Positions 20,597-31,319 of a stretch of 64,000 bases of DNA are shown here, piece after piece (the stretch's first letter is position 1; each line of letters begins with the position of its first letter). This DNA is from Planctomycetota bacterium. GTDB lineage: Bacteria > Planctomycetota > B15-G4 > SIAN01. The stretch covers positions 448,001 through 512,000 of the forward strand of contig JANNXA010000055.1 in assembly GCA_031409275.1 (NCBI GenBank), read 5' to 3'. Made by a program: the position numbers and the translations under genes. Under the pieces are notes generated by a model. The model ran no database searches. It saw only the letters and a list, made by a program, of their open reading frames with translations, and had not been told where the DNA came from.

Positions 20597-21619
20597 TCAG
20601 CGCCCGGGCGCGGCGTCGCTCTCCATGCGAAACTTTCCGATCGCCCGGTACTTGGCGTAGCGGCGGTCGAGCAGTTCGTCGACGGGCAAGGCAGAGAGTT
20701 CGGCGAGGTTGCGCTCCACCACTTCGGCCAACGTCTTCGCCATGGCCACCGGGTCGCGGTGCGCGCCCCCCGCGGGCTCCTCGATCACCTCGTCGACGAC
20801 GCCGAGGTCGAGCAGGTCGGGCGCGGTCAGCCGCAACGCCTTCGCGGCCTCCCCCTTCTTCTCGGGATCCTTCCACAAGATCGCCGCGCAGCCTTCGGGC
20901 GAGATCACCGAGTAATAGGCGTGCTCGAGGATCAGCAGCTTGTCGGCGACGCCGATTCCGAGCGCCCCACCGCTGCCGCCCTCGCCGATCACCACGCTCA
21001 CCACTGGCACGCGCAGCGTCGACATCTCGAGGATGCTCGTCGCGATCGCGCCGGCTTGTCCGCGCTCCTCGGCGCCGATGCCGGGAAACGCGCCCTGAGT
21101 GTCGATCAGCGTGACGATCGGCACGTGGAACCGTTCCGCGAGACGCATCTTCAGCATCGCCTTGCGGTAGCCCTCGGGATGAGCGCACCCGAAGTTGGCG
21201 GCGACGCGCTCCTTGGTCGTCTTGCCTTTGCGGTGGGCCACCACCAGCACGCGCCGCTCGCCGAGATTGGCGAGCCCGCAGACGATGGCGCGATCGTCGC
21301 CGAAGACGCGGTCGCCGTGCAGTTCGAGGAAGCCGCTGAAGGCGTGCTCGATGTAGTCGGTCGAGTGCGGGCGGCGCGGGTGGCGGGCGAGTCGCACGCG
21401 GTCCCACGGCGTGAGCTCCGCAAAGATCTTGCGAATCAGCTTGTCGCGCAGGTTCTTGAGCGGCCCGACCTCGGTCGCCACGTCCTGCGCCGTCAGCGCC
21501 GTCGGCGACGAAGTGGCGAGTTTCTCGATCTCCGAGATCTTCTGGTCGATCTCGGCGATCGGCTTTTCGAAGTCGAGCCACTCCTTCGAGTCGTTGCCAC
21601 TCGCCACCCGAATCTCCAC
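20597..21619 (-). CDS. accA: Acetyl-CoA carboxylase carboxyltransferase alpha subunit
   Basis: LDFEKPI, ARHPRRP, LHGDR..DD, PEGYRKA, IDTQGAFPGIGAEERGQ, GEGGSGGALG, YSVISPEGCAAILWK. Confidence 0.96.
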   Translation of the reverse strand: MEIRVASGNDSKEWLDFEKPIAEIDQKISEIEKLATSSPTALTAQDVATEVGPLKNLRDKLIRKIFAELTPWDRVRLARHPRRPHSTDYIEHAFSGFLELHGDRVFGDDRAIVCGLANLGERRVLVVAHRKGKTTKERVAANFGCAHPEGYRKAMLKMRLAERFHVPIVTLIDTQGAFPGIGAEERGQAGAIATSILEMSTLRVPVVSVVIGEGGSGGALGIGVADKLLILEHAYYSVISPEGCAAILWKDPEKKGEAAKALRLTAPDLLDLGVVDEVIEEPAGGAHRDPVAMAKTLAEVVERNLAELSALPVDELLDRRYAKYRAIGKFRMESDAAPGR

Positions 21620-21732
21620 CGGTCATCCAGAAGCGCGGCCCACCGTGCGGCGGCGCTGCCGAGGCCGTCACGCTGCGGTGCGCGACGGCCGCGGCTTCTT
21701 TGCGAAGCGCGGGCACGATAAAGAATCATCCA

Positions 21733-24663
21733 ATGGCGCCGAATCCCTCCTCCCCGTCCACGTTCCTGCGGGTCGAAGTCGCGACCCGCAGCGGTTTCCC
21801 CGATGCCGCCGCGAAGAAGCTCGCGGCCGAGATCGGTCGCACGCTCGAACGCCCGGTGCAAGTCGAGCTCGTGCGCGGCTACAGCATCGCGTTCGCAGGC
21901 GCCGCGCCGCGCGACGACGCGCTGGCCGCGAGGCTGCACGCCGTGCTCGCCGATCCGGTGCTGCACTCCTCGCAGCTCCTGTCCGGCGACGCGCCCGTAC
22001 CCACTCCGTCGGCCGGCTTCCGACGCCTCGATGTCGTGCGCCGGCCGGGCGTGATGGATCCCGCCGCCGCCTCGGTGTTGCGCGCACTCGAGGCCGTCGG
22101 TCTCGCACCGCGCTCCATTCGGACCTACCGCGCCGTGCTCGTGAAAGGTGCCACGAGCGACAGCGAGCTGCAGCGAATCGGCGCGCGCTGCCTCGCCAAC
22201 CTCCTCGTCGAAGAGGTGCGACTCGATCCGCGCGAAGCGATCGCGCCCTTTGGCGAACTTGCGCCGGCACCGTTTCGCCGCGTCGAGGTTCCGCTGCGCG
22301 CCGCCGATGACGCGGCGCTCGTCCGGCTCAGCAAGGAAGGGATGCTGGCCCTCGACCTCGCCGAGATGCAGGCGATCCAGGCCCATTTCCGCCAGGAGGG
22401 GCGCGACCCCACCGACGTCGAGCTCGAGACGCTGGCGCAGACCTGGTCGGAGCACTGCAAGCACAAGACGCTGACCAGCGCGGTCGAACTGCACGGCGAT
22501 GGCGCCCCGCGCCGCTACGACAACCTGCTGAAGGAGACGATCTTCGCTGCGACGCAGCAGCTCGCGCTGCCGTGGTGCCTCTCCGTCTTCCGTGACAACG
22601 CCGGCGTCATCGAGTTCGACGCCGAGTACGCGGTGACCTTCAAGGTCGAGACGCACAACCACCCCTCCGCGCTCGAGCCGTACGGCGGAGCCGGCACCGG
22701 GCTTGGCGGCGTCATCCGCGACACGCTCGGCACCGGGCTCGGCGCCAAGCCGATCTTGTCGACCGATGTCTTCTGCGTCGGCCCGCTCGCGCTGAGGGAC
22801 GATGAGCTGCCCGCCGGCACGCTGCCGCCGCGCCGCATCCTGCAGGGGATCGTCGCGGGAGTTCGCGACTACGGCAATCGAATGGGGATCCCCACCACCA
22901 ACGGCGCCGTCTTCGTGCACGCCGACTACCGAACCAACCCGCTGGTCTTCTGCGGCAACGTCGGCCTGATCCCGCGCCACAAGATCCAGAAAGCCGCTCG
23001 CAAGGGCGACCTCGTCTTCGTGCTCGGCGGACGGACCGGTCGCGATGGCATCCACGGCGCGACCTTCTCGAGCTTGAGCCTCGACAGCTCGAGCTCGACG
23101 GTGGCGTCCGGCGCCGTGCAGATCGGCAACGCCATCGAGGAGAAGAAGCTCCTCGACGCGGTGCTCGACGCGCGCGACCGCGGTTGGTTCTCCGCCATCA
23201 CCGATTGCGGCGCTGGCGGTCTCTCGTCGGCGATCGGCGAAATGGGCGAGGAGCTCGGCGCCGACGTCGAGCTCGCCCGCGTGCCGCTCAAGTACCAGGG
23301 ACTCACCGCCGGCGAGATCTGGATCAGCGAAGCGCAAGAACGCATGGTCCTCGCCGTGATGCCGGAACATGCCGAGGAGTTGCGCGCGCTCTGCCGCATG
23401 CACGGCGTCGAGGCGACCGAACTCGGCACGTTCACGGGGAGCGGCCGATTGCGGCTCACCTTCGAGGGCAAGCCGGTCGCCGACCTCTCGATGCAGTTCC
23501 TCCACCACGGGCTGCCCAAACGCATGCGCCGCGCGACCGCGACCCGGACGGCTCCGCGTCCCGCGCCGCTGCCGCTCGACGTCGACTGCAATCGCCTGCT
23601 GCTGCAATTGCTCGCTTCGCCCGACATCACCAGCAAGGAAGAGATCGTCCGTCAGTACGACCACGAGGTGCTCGCTGGCTCGGCGGTGAAGCCGATGGTG
23701 GGCGCAGGTGGCTTCGGGCCATCGGACGCTTGCGTCGTCGCGCCGCGGCTCGGCTCGCGCAGGGCGATCGCCGTCGGCTGCGGCATGTCGCCGACCACCG
23801 GCGCAGCCGATCCGCACGCGATGGCGCTGCTCGCCATCGATGAAGCGGTTCGCAACGTCGTCTGCGTCGGCGGCCGCTTCGATCGCCTGGCGCTGCTCGA
23901 CAACTTCGCCTGGCCTTCGGTCGACGACGAAGCGACGCTCGGCTCGATCGCTCGCTGCGCCGAAGGGTGCCGCGACGTCGCGCTCGCCTACCAGACACCG
24001 TTCATCTCCGGCAAGGACTCGCTGCACAACCAGACCCGAACGAAGGACGGGGTGATCCGCATCCCGCCGACGCTGCTCGTCTCGGCCATCGCGCTGATGG
24101 ATGACGTCACCGGCGCCGTCACCATGGACGCCAAGCGCGCCGATCACCACTTGATCCTCGTCGGCGAAACGCGCGACGAGTTCGGCGGCGCGCGCGCGCT
24201 GGCGCTGCTCGGCCTCGACGCGGGGGGAGCCGCCGGCACGGTGCCGCGCGTCGACCTCCCAAGCGCGCGCCGTCTCCACGAAGCGGTCGCGCGAGCGATC
24301 GCGTCGAAGCGCGTGAAGAGCTGCCACGACCTCTCCGAGGGCGGCCTCGCGGTCGCCGCGGCCGAGATGTGCCTCGCCGGCGGGCTCGGTGCGGCGCTCC
24401 ACCTCGGCAACGTGCCGCGCCCGGCGGGCCTTGACCACGACGCGACGCTCCTCTTCAGCGAGAGCGCGCCGCGCTACCTCCTCGAAGTGGCGTGGGAGGA
24501 CCTCGATGCCGTGAGCCGACTGCTGGCCGGCATCCCGCACGGCGTGATCGGCACGCTGACCGAGAGGCCGGTCTTCACGGTGAGCGGCCTCTCGCAGAAA
24601 CCGCTGTTGCAGCTCGACGTGGCGAAACTCACTTCCGCGTTTCGAACGGGGCTCGACTTCTGA
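21733..24663 (+). CDS. purL: Phosphoribosylformylglycinamidine synthase PurL with two N-terminal PurS-like domains
   Basis: QTWSEHCKHK, KVETHNHPSALEPYGGA.TG.GGVIRD, GRDGIHGATFSS, DCGAGG, SEAQERM, QYDHEV, CHDLSEGG. Confidence 0.96.
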   Translation: MAPNPSSPSTFLRVEVATRSGFPDAAAKKLAAEIGRTLERPVQVELVRGYSIAFAGAAPRDDALAARLHAVLADPVLHSSQLLSGDAPVPTPSAGFRRLDVVRRPGVMDPAAASVLRALEAVGLAPRSIRTYRAVLVKGATSDSELQRIGARCLANLLVEEVRLDPREAIAPFGELAPAPFRRVEVPLRAADDAALVRLSKEGMLALDLAEMQAIQAHFRQEGRDPTDVELETLAQTWSEHCKHKTLTSAVELHGDGAPRRYDNLLKETIFAATQQLALPWCLSVFRDNAGVIEFDAEYAVTFKVETHNHPSALEPYGGAGTGLGGVIRDTLGTGLGAKPILSTDVFCVGPLALRDDELPAGTLPPRRILQGIVAGVRDYGNRMGIPTTNGAVFVHADYRTNPLVFCGNVGLIPRHKIQKAARKGDLVFVLGGRTGRDGIHGATFSSLSLDSSSSTVASGAVQIGNAIEEKKLLDAVLDARDRGWFSAITDCGAGGLSSAIGEMGEELGADVELARVPLKYQGLTAGEIWISEAQERMVLAVMPEHAEELRALCRMHGVEATELGTFTGSGRLRLTFEGKPVADLSMQFLHHGLPKRMRRATATRTAPRPAPLPLDVDCNRLLLQLLASPDITSKEEIVRQYDHEVLAGSAVKPMVGAGGFGPSDACVVAPRLGSRRAIAVGCGMSPTTGAADPHAMALLAIDEAVRNVVCVGGRFDRLALLDNFAWPSVDDEATLGSIARCAEGCRDVALAYQTPFISGKDSLHNQTRTKDGVIRIPPTLLVSAIALMDDVTGAVTMDAKRADHHLILVGETRDEFGGARALALLGLDAGGAAGTVPRVDLPSARRLHEAVARAIASKRVKSCHDLSEGGLAVAAAEMCLAGGLGAALHLGNVPRPAGLDHDATLLFSESAPRYLLEVAWEDLDAVSRLLAGIPHGVIGTLTERPVFTVSGLSQKPLLQLDVAKLTSAFRTGLDF

Positions 24664-25445
24664 TGGCTGCTCGCCCGCGCGCCCTGATCGTCCGATCCGC
24701 TGGAACCAACTGCGACGCCGAGACCGCGTTCGCACTCGAGAGCTGCGGCGCACGCGCCACCATCCTGCCGGCGCAGCCATTCCTCGAGCGACCGGAGATG
24801 CTCTCCGACTACCAGATCCTCGCCATCCCCGGTGGCTTCTCGTACGGCGACGACATCCTCGCCGGCAAGGTCTTCGGCCTCGAGCTCGCGGCGCGCGCCG
24901 GCGAGCAGATCGTGAACCTCGTGCAGCGCGGCGGCGTCGCCATCGGCATCTGCAACGGCTTCCAGATCCTCGTGCAGATGGGGCTCCTGCCCGGGATCGA
25001 GCGGCCCTTCGGCAAACCCGAGGTGACGCTCACCGACAACGATGTCCACAAGTACCAGGATCGCTGGGTGCGCATGCGCGTCACGAGCGACCGCTGCGTC
25101 TGGCTCAAGCAAGGCGAGACGCTGTTCGCGCCCGCTGCGCACGGCGAGGGCAAGTTGATCCCGCGCGACGAGGCGCTGCGGCGCGCGCTGCACGAGCAGG
25201 GGCGCGTCGTGCTGCGCTACATCGGGCCGCAAGGCGAGGACGACCCGCCGTTCCCCCATTGCCCCAACGGCGCGGTCGACTCGATCGCCGGCCTCACCGA
25301 TCGCACCGGTCGCATCCTCGGCCTGATGCCCCACCCCGAGCGCCACTTCCTCCCGTGGCACCACCCGACGTGGACGCGCGACGGCCTCGCCGACCTCCCC
25401 GACGGCAGAAAGCTCTTCGAGCGCGGCGTGGGCGCGGTGAGCTGA
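24663..25445 (+). CDS. purQ: FGAM synthase glutaminase subunit PurQ
   Basis: GTNCDAET, PGGFSYGD, GICNGFQIL, AHGEG, PNG, MPHPER; TGATG coupling to purL. Confidence 0.96.
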   Translation: MAARPRALIVRSAGTNCDAETAFALESCGARATILPAQPFLERPEMLSDYQILAIPGGFSYGDDILAGKVFGLELAARAGEQIVNLVQRGGVAIGICNGFQILVQMGLLPGIERPFGKPEVTLTDNDVHKYQDRWVRMRVTSDRCVWLKQGETLFAPAAHGEGKLIPRDEALRRALHEQGRVVLRYIGPQGEDDPPFPHCPNGAVDSIAGLTDRTGRILGLMPHPERHFLPWHHPTWTRDGLADLPDGRKLFERGVGAVS

Positions 25446-25464
25446 GCGCGAGCGAAGAGGCGCT

Positions 25465-25878
25465 TCAGCGCGTCTGCACGGGTGGTGGCGCTAGGAGCAT
25501 GTCGATCCACGCTGCAAGCGGCGCGAGCACGGCATCGAGCAGTGACAGGAAGCCCGACACGCGGTCGCGATCCTCGAGGATCCAGCGTCGTTCGCCGAGT
25601 TCGCGCGCCGCCGCCAGAGCCGCCGCCAACGCGCCACGCAGCGGAATCGCCAACGGCGATGGGCCAGCGTCGAGCGCTGGCCTCAACAGCCCTTCGAGCT
25701 CCGCGAGTTCCGCCACCAGGTCATCGTCGAAGAAGAGCAGCTTCACCGGAAAGTAGTGCGGCAGTGGACGCGTCACGACCGTCACCGACTGATTTGCGGC
25801 GAGCGCGCCATCGAGACAGCCTGCCGCGCGCACGAGTCGAAGCTGCAGCCGCCGCAGTTCCTTCAGCGTCGTCTCCAT
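25465..25878 (-). CDS. Hypothetical protein
   Basis: ATG 4 nt downstream of the speE-like stop; natural-looking, helical composition. Confidence 0.55.
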   Translation of the reverse strand: METTLKELRRLQLRLVRAAGCLDGALAANQSVTVVTRPLPHYFPVKLLFFDDDLVAELAELEGLLRPALDAGPSPLAIPLRGALAAALAAARELGERRWILEDRDRVSGFLSLLDAVLAPLAAWIDMLLAPPPVQTR

Positions 25879-25882
25879 CGCT

Positions 25883-28771
25883 TCAGCGCCCTTCGCGCAG
25901 TCGACGCATCGCGTCGCGCGCGGCGCCCATGCGCGCATCGAGCTTCAGCGCTCGCTCGTAGCGGACGATGGCGTCGCTCTTCTTTCCCTGCAGCTCGAAG
26001 AGGCGGCCGCGCTGGAACTCGCTGGCGGCACTGCTGCCCGCCTTCGCCTCCAGCCGATCGAGCGCGCCATTCGCGTCGCTGAAGTCGCGGCCGCGTGCGT
26101 ACTCCTCGGCGACCTGCACGAGCAGTGCGGGCGCGCGTCGCTCGAGCTCCGCGAGCCGGCGCGTCGCCTCGGCCGCATCGCCGCGCTTCTTCGCCGACAG
26201 CCAACGCCAGAACGACAGCCGCTCGAGCGACGGGTCGCGATCGTACGCCTCGGCCAACAGCGGCTCGGCGAGCGGCGCGGCCTCATGCATCAGCGCCGAC
26301 GCGGCCACGTCGCGAAACAGCGGCGCGAGCTCGGCGGCGGGCAGCGCGGCGATCAGCTCGGCCTGTTGATAGAGCGGCGTCCGGCGCGCGGCGAAAAGGC
26401 CGCCGAGGATCGCATCGATCGAGTTGGCCTGCATGTGGCGCGCAGCAGAGAACTCGAGGAACGGCACGTCGTCGCGAATCAGGCGCGGACCGCCATCGGC
26501 GAAGGCGCGCGCGTCGCCACCGGCCAGCAGCATCATCGGCGCGAGCTGCGCGGCGAGCGACGCGTTGCTGCCGGCGAGAGCCGGCGCCAGCCAGGGGCGC
26601 TGCGCGGAGCGCTGCGCCAGCGTCGCCGGGTCGAGCGCGAGCGGCTCCATCGCGCCGACCATCAGCGTGTCGCCGCTGGTCGTCTTCCAGATCGCGACAT
26701 GCGGGAAGACGCTGCCGAGCGTCGCGAAGATCGCCTGGTAGTCGTCCGGACTGCTCCAGTAGAGCTGCACCCATTGGCAGAGGACGCCGCCCGGCGCCAG
26801 TCGATCGCGGCAGAGCTCGTAGAACTCGACGGTGAACAGGCCGGCCATGCCGGCGAGCCACGGATTGCTCGGTTCCGTGGTGATGACGTCGTAGCGGACT
26901 GGCGCGCGGCGCAGCAGCGCGCGACCGTCGTCGGCGATCAGCGTCACGTTGGGATCGGCGTGGGCGTTGCGGTTCACGTCGGCGAAGCGAGGCGAAACGG
27001 CCAGCACCTCCGCCTCGATCTCGGCGCAGACGACGCGCCCGCCGTAGCGCGAGGCGGCGGCCGCAGTGACTCCGGCGCCGTAGCCCAGCACGAAGACCTC
27101 CTTCGACTCGCGCGCCAGCAACTGCGGCAGCCACGCCAGCAGCAGCTGCGTCCCCATGTCGCCCCGCGACGTCGCATCGACCTTGCCGTTCACGGCCAGC
27201 GCGCGCTCCTGGTTCTGCTCGAAGACGGCGACGCTGCAGGAGGCGCCATCGCGCACTTCGAGGAGCATGCGCTCCGCAGCCAACGCGCGTGGCCCGTAGA
27301 GGCCGACGCCGCCATAGATCGCGCGCGGATCCCAGCGGCCCAGTGCGCGCGAGGCGAAGCCGCCGCCGGCGACGCCTGCCAACAGCAGCAGCGCCAGCAG
27401 CAGCTGACGCGCGCCGCTGCGGACCGCGCCGCGCGCCGCCGCGACGAGCACCGCGCCTAGCGCGCCGACCGCGAGCGACGCCGCGAAGAGCGTCCCTTCC
27501 AGTCCGAAGCGCGGCAGCAACCAGAAGTGCGTGGCCAGCGAAGCGACCACTCCGCCGAGCGTGGAGAGCAGATAGGAGGAGCCGATCCCACGACCGAGTT
27601 CACCGGTCGCTGCGACCCGCAGATCGGAGAGCGCGGGGAAGGCGATGCCGAGCAGCAGCGACGGCACCAGCACCAGCGCCCCGCCGAGCTCGAGCGCGAG
27701 ACGCGCGCGCGCGCCGGTCGCTGCGGCGTCGGCGTGCGCGGTCGCCTCGTAGAGCGCCCCGCCGACCGACGCGACGAGGTCGTCGACGAACGGCTGCAGA
27801 CCGAGCAACAGAAGCGCGAGCAGGAACTGCGCGGCGATCAGCACGCGCAACGCGGTCGCGCCGCGCCGCACCAACGTCGCATAGACGAGCGCGCCCACCC
27901 CAAGTCCGGTGAGGTAGAGCGCCAAGACGATCGAGAACGCGTAGGTCGTGCCGCCGACGCCCAGCGCCATCAGCCGCGTCCATCCGAACTCGAGCACGAT
28001 CGACAGCGCGGAACTCACGATCAGCGCGCCTGCCCAGATCGGCCACGCCAGATCGAGCGTCCGCGGCGCGACGAGCGGCACCTGCAGCGCGCGCGGCGCG
28101 CTCGACCGCTGCGCCCCGCCCGACTCCACGTTGGCACCGGCGCGCGACGCCGCCGCGACCGCTCGGCGGTCGAGCCGCCAGGCCAGCGCCGCCAGCGCGA
28201 GATTGAACGCCGCCGCCACCAACCGGCTCTTCCACAGGCCGACCTGCTCCACCAGCACGAAGCCGGCGAGCAGGCAGCCCGCCACCCCGCCGAGCGTATT
28301 CCAGCCGTAGAGGCGGCCGATCAACGCGCCGCTCTTCTCGCCGCCGCCAGCGAACGCCGTGCAGAGCACCGGCAAGGTCGCCCCCATGCACGCCGTTGCG
28401 GGCAACAGCAGCACGAACGTCGCAAGGAAGCGCACCGGCGTCGCCAGGCCGTGTTCGACCAGCGACGGCCACCACGGATCGAGCAGCGTGCGATCGAGTC
28501 CGGCGATGAGCCACGGCGCCAGCGGCGCGAACAACGCGATCGCGATCTCGAGCTGCGCGTAGCGACGCAGCAGGCCGGGGCCGTTTCGGACGCGTCGCCC
28601 GGCAACGAAGGCGCCGAGCGCAAGGCCGGCCAGGAACGCCGCCACCACCGCCGAGAGTGCCTGCGCCGAGCCGCCGAAGAGGTAGCCCAGGTCACGAACC
28701 CAGAGCACCTCGTAGACGAGGGCGGCCATGCCGGAGACGAACATGTAGCGGGCGGCAATCGCCGTCGGCAT
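25883..28771 (-). CDS. Fused multi-TM/spermidine synthase-like (SAM-dependent) protein with C-terminal TPR
   Basis: SGMAALVYEVLW, LYGWNTLGG, VNGKVDA, VLGYGAGVT, AEIE, DDGR, YDVITTEPSNPW, FYE..LAPGG..QW; TPR-like tail. Confidence 0.88.
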   Translation of the reverse strand: MPTAIAARYMFVSGMAALVYEVLWVRDLGYLFGGSAQALSAVVAAFLAGLALGAFVAGRRVRNGPGLLRRYAQLEIAIALFAPLAPWLIAGLDRTLLDPWWPSLVEHGLATPVRFLATFVLLLPATACMGATLPVLCTAFAGGGEKSGALIGRLYGWNTLGGVAGCLLAGFVLVEQVGLWKSRLVAAAFNLALAALAWRLDRRAVAAASRAGANVESGGAQRSSAPRALQVPLVAPRTLDLAWPIWAGALIVSSALSIVLEFGWTRLMALGVGGTTYAFSIVLALYLTGLGVGALVYATLVRRGATALRVLIAAQFLLALLLLGLQPFVDDLVASVGGALYEATAHADAAATGARARLALELGGALVLVPSLLLGIAFPALSDLRVAATGELGRGIGSSYLLSTLGGVVASLATHFWLLPRFGLEGTLFAASLAVGALGAVLVAAARGAVRSGARQLLLALLLLAGVAGGGFASRALGRWDPRAIYGGVGLYGPRALAAERMLLEVRDGASCSVAVFEQNQERALAVNGKVDATSRGDMGTQLLLAWLPQLLARESKEVFVLGYGAGVTAAAASRYGGRVVCAEIEAEVLAVSPRFADVNRNAHADPNVTLIADDGRALLRRAPVRYDVITTEPSNPWLAGMAGLFTVEFYELCRDRLAPGGVLCQWVQLYWSSPDDYQAIFATLGSVFPHVAIWKTTSGDTLMVGAMEPLALDPATLAQRSAQRPWLAPALAGSNASLAAQLAPMMLLAGGDARAFADGGPRLIRDDVPFLEFSAARHMQANSIDAILGGLFAARRTPLYQQAELIAALPAAELAPLFRDVAASALMHEAAPLAEPLLAEAYDRDPSLERLSFWRWLSAKKRGDAAEATRRLAELERRAPALLVQVAEEYARGRDFSDANGALDRLEAKAGSSAASEFQRGRLFELQGKKSDAIVRYERALKLDARMGAARDAMRRLREGR

Positions 28772-28838
28772 CGACCAGCTCCACCTCGAATCGCGGCGCA
28801 AAGCTAGCATGCGCCGCTTTTGCACCGTGAAGGTCTCC

Positions 28839-31319
28839 ATGCCGCTGCCCGATTCGACTGGCCTGCCCGCCGCGCAGCTGCGATGGCGCTGCCTCTTGCC
28901 CGCCTCCGCGCTCGAAGTCGGCAGCGACGAGCTCGACCGTCTCGGCCAGCGTCGCGCGCTCGATGCGTTGCGGCTCGGCCTCGAGATCGACGCGCCGGGC
29001 TACCACGTCTTCGTCTCGGGGCTGCCAGGCACCGGCCGCGTGCAGGCGGTCCGCCGACTGCTCGCCGGTCTTTCCGATCGCTGTGCCGTCGTCACCGACA
29101 AGGCCTTCGTGCACGGCTTCGCCGACCCGGCGCGGCCGCGCCTGCTGGAACTGCCGGGTGGCCGCATGCGCGCCTTCGCGACCCGCACGGAGGAGCTCGC
29201 GACCGACCTGATCGCCCGCCTCGACGCGCTCGGCGACGATGAAGCGCACCTGCGCCGCCGCCGCCGCCTCGAACAGGCGCTCGCCGAAGCGAGCACGCGT
29301 CAGCTCGCCGAGCTCGCGGCGGCGGCGCAGCCAGCCGGCCTCTCGCTCTACGAAGTGAAGGAGCACGGCTTCACGCGACCCGCGCTCGGCGTCGCCGACG
29401 GGGACGAGATCTTCCCGATCGAGGCGCTGCGCATGCTGGCGCAGCAGGGTCGCATCGAAAGCAGTCGCGTCGACGCCATCGAGGAGGCGGCGCGGCCCGT
29501 GCAGGCGCAGTTGGAACGCACGGTGATCGAGCTGCGGCGCGCGGCGCGGGCGCGCGCGCGCGAGCTTGCCGCGTTCGATCGGGACCAGGCGCGCTCGGTG
29601 ATCCGACCGGAGCTCGACGAAGTCGCCGCCGAGTTCCCCTTCGAACCGGTGGCAAAGCTTCTCGCGCAGGCCGAACAGTGGATCCTCGACCGCATGGCGC
29701 ATCCGCGCGGCGAGCGTTTCGCGCGTGCGCTGCGCCGCCGACTTGCCGTCAACGTCGTCCTCGACCACGCGGCGCGCGACACGACTCCGATCGTCGTGGT
29801 GAACCACCCGACCTACGCCAACCTGTTCGGGTCGATCGACGTGCGCACGGCCCGCTCCGGCGCGATGCGCGCCGACCACCGCGGCATCCGCGCGGGCGCG
29901 CTCGTCGAAGCCGATGGCGGCTACCTCGTCCTGAAAGCCGGCGACCTGCTGGCCGAAGAGGGCGTCTGGACGGCGCTGCGCCGCGCACTGAAGCAGGAAC
30001 AGGTCGATATCGCGGCGCGCGACACGCTGATCTCGCTCAAGCCCGAGCCAGTGCCGACCAAAGTGAAGGTCGTGCTGATCGGCGAAGCCGAGCACGAGGA
30101 GTTCCTCGAAGAGCACGACCCCGAGTTTCGTGCGATCTTCAAGGTGCGCGCCGAGTTCGACGATCAGATCGAGCGAACCGACGAGAACGTGGCGCGCTAC
30201 GCCGCGCTGCTGCGAAGGCTCTGCTCCGACGAGCGGCTGCTGCCGCTCGCCGACGATGCCGCCGAGGCGCTGCTGGAGGAGGCGGCGCGGCGCGCCGGGC
30301 GCGGCGGGGTCCTCACGACGCGGCTCTCGCCACTCGCCGACCTCGCGCGCGAAGCGAATCTCTTCGCGCAGCGCGACGCGGCGCGCGCGATCGGCGGCGG
30401 CCACGTTCGCCTCGCGTTGGCGGCCGCCCGCGAGCGCGAGGATCTGCCCGAACGGCGCTACCACTCGCAGGTGCGCGCCGGCACGCTGCTGCTCGCGACG
30501 CGCGGCGAGAAGATCGGGCAGGTGAACGCACTCACTGTGGTGACCGGCGGCGCGTTCGACTTCGGCCGCCCCGCGCGGATCACGGCCACTGTCGCGGCCG
30601 GTGACCACGGCCTGCTCAACATCGAGCGCGAGGTGCAGCTCTCGGGCGAGATCCATGACAAGGGCGTCTTCATCCTGACGTCGCTGCTGCGCGAGCGCTT
30701 CGCGCAGAACCATCCGCTGGCGCTCGCGGCGAGCCTCTGTTTCGAGCAGAGCTACGGCCCGATCGATGGCGACTCCGCTGCCTCGGCGGAGTGGTTCGCG
30801 CTGCTCTCCGCGCTGGCCTGGGCCCCGTTGAAGCAGAACCTCGCGGTGACGGGCTCGGTGAACCAGAAGGGCGAGATCCAGCCCGTCGGCGCCGTGAACG
30901 AGAAGATCGAGGGTTTCTACGACGTCTGCGCGCTCGAAGGCCTCGACGGCACACAGGGCGTCATCATCCCGCGCCGCAACGTGAAGGACCTGATGCTCGC
31001 GGAACGCGTGGTGCAGGCGGTCACGGCCGGACGCTTCCGCATCTTCGCCATCGACCACGTCGACGAAGGGATCGAGCTCTTGACCGGCATTCCCGCCGGC
31101 GCGTTGGGCAGCGACGGCCGCTTCCCCAAGGAGTCGATGAACGGCCGCTGCGCCGACCACCTCTGGTTCCTCTCCGAGGCCGCTCGCGACGCCAAGGCGC
31201 CGCCTGAGCCCGCGGCGAGCAGCGCAGCGCCGGCGGCGGCCGGCCCCTCGGCGTCGGGTGCACCAGGTGCACCGAGCGATCCCACGCCCCCGGTCGAGCC
31301 TCCGGCCGAGGCGCCATGA
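28839..31319 (+). CDS. Lon-like protease (LonC/YcbZ type)
   Basis: GQRRA, degenerate Walker A GLPGTGR, NHPTYANLFG, GQVNAL, FEQSYGPIDGDSA (Ser), GAVNEKIEGF (Lys). Confidence 0.9.
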   Translation: MPLPDSTGLPAAQLRWRCLLPASALEVGSDELDRLGQRRALDALRLGLEIDAPGYHVFVSGLPGTGRVQAVRRLLAGLSDRCAVVTDKAFVHGFADPARPRLLELPGGRMRAFATRTEELATDLIARLDALGDDEAHLRRRRRLEQALAEASTRQLAELAAAAQPAGLSLYEVKEHGFTRPALGVADGDEIFPIEALRMLAQQGRIESSRVDAIEEAARPVQAQLERTVIELRRAARARARELAAFDRDQARSVIRPELDEVAAEFPFEPVAKLLAQAEQWILDRMAHPRGERFARALRRRLAVNVVLDHAARDTTPIVVVNHPTYANLFGSIDVRTARSGAMRADHRGIRAGALVEADGGYLVLKAGDLLAEEGVWTALRRALKQEQVDIAARDTLISLKPEPVPTKVKVVLIGEAEHEEFLEEHDPEFRAIFKVRAEFDDQIERTDENVARYAALLRRLCSDERLLPLADDAAEALLEEAARRAGRGGVLTTRLSPLADLAREANLFAQRDAARAIGGGHVRLALAAAREREDLPERRYHSQVRAGTLLLATRGEKIGQVNALTVVTGGAFDFGRPARITATVAAGDHGLLNIEREVQLSGEIHDKGVFILTSLLRERFAQNHPLALAASLCFEQSYGPIDGDSAASAEWFALLSALAWAPLKQNLAVTGSVNQKGEIQPVGAVNEKIEGFYDVCALEGLDGTQGVIIPRRNVKDLMLAERVVQAVTAGRFRIFAIDHVDEGIELLTGIPAGALGSDGRFPKESMNGRCADHLWFLSEAARDAKAPPEPAASSAAPAAAGPSASGAPGAPSDPTPPVEPPAEAP

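Noticed and set aside
21493..24780. Very long antisense or alternate-frame ORFs (e.g. 21493-24780 -, 28692-31379 -, 60656-63790 +, 15459-17501 -, 6326-8245 -)
   Set aside because: These are shadow ORFs opposite well-supported genes. Stop codons are scarce in high-GC DNA, and the products are Arg/Ala-rich with no motifs.
28839..31319. Lon protease with a non-canonical Walker A (GTGR) as a pseudogene or novelty
   Set aside because: A degenerate ATPase motif is expected for the LonC/YcbZ subfamily, and the Ser-Lys dyad and ORF are intact.
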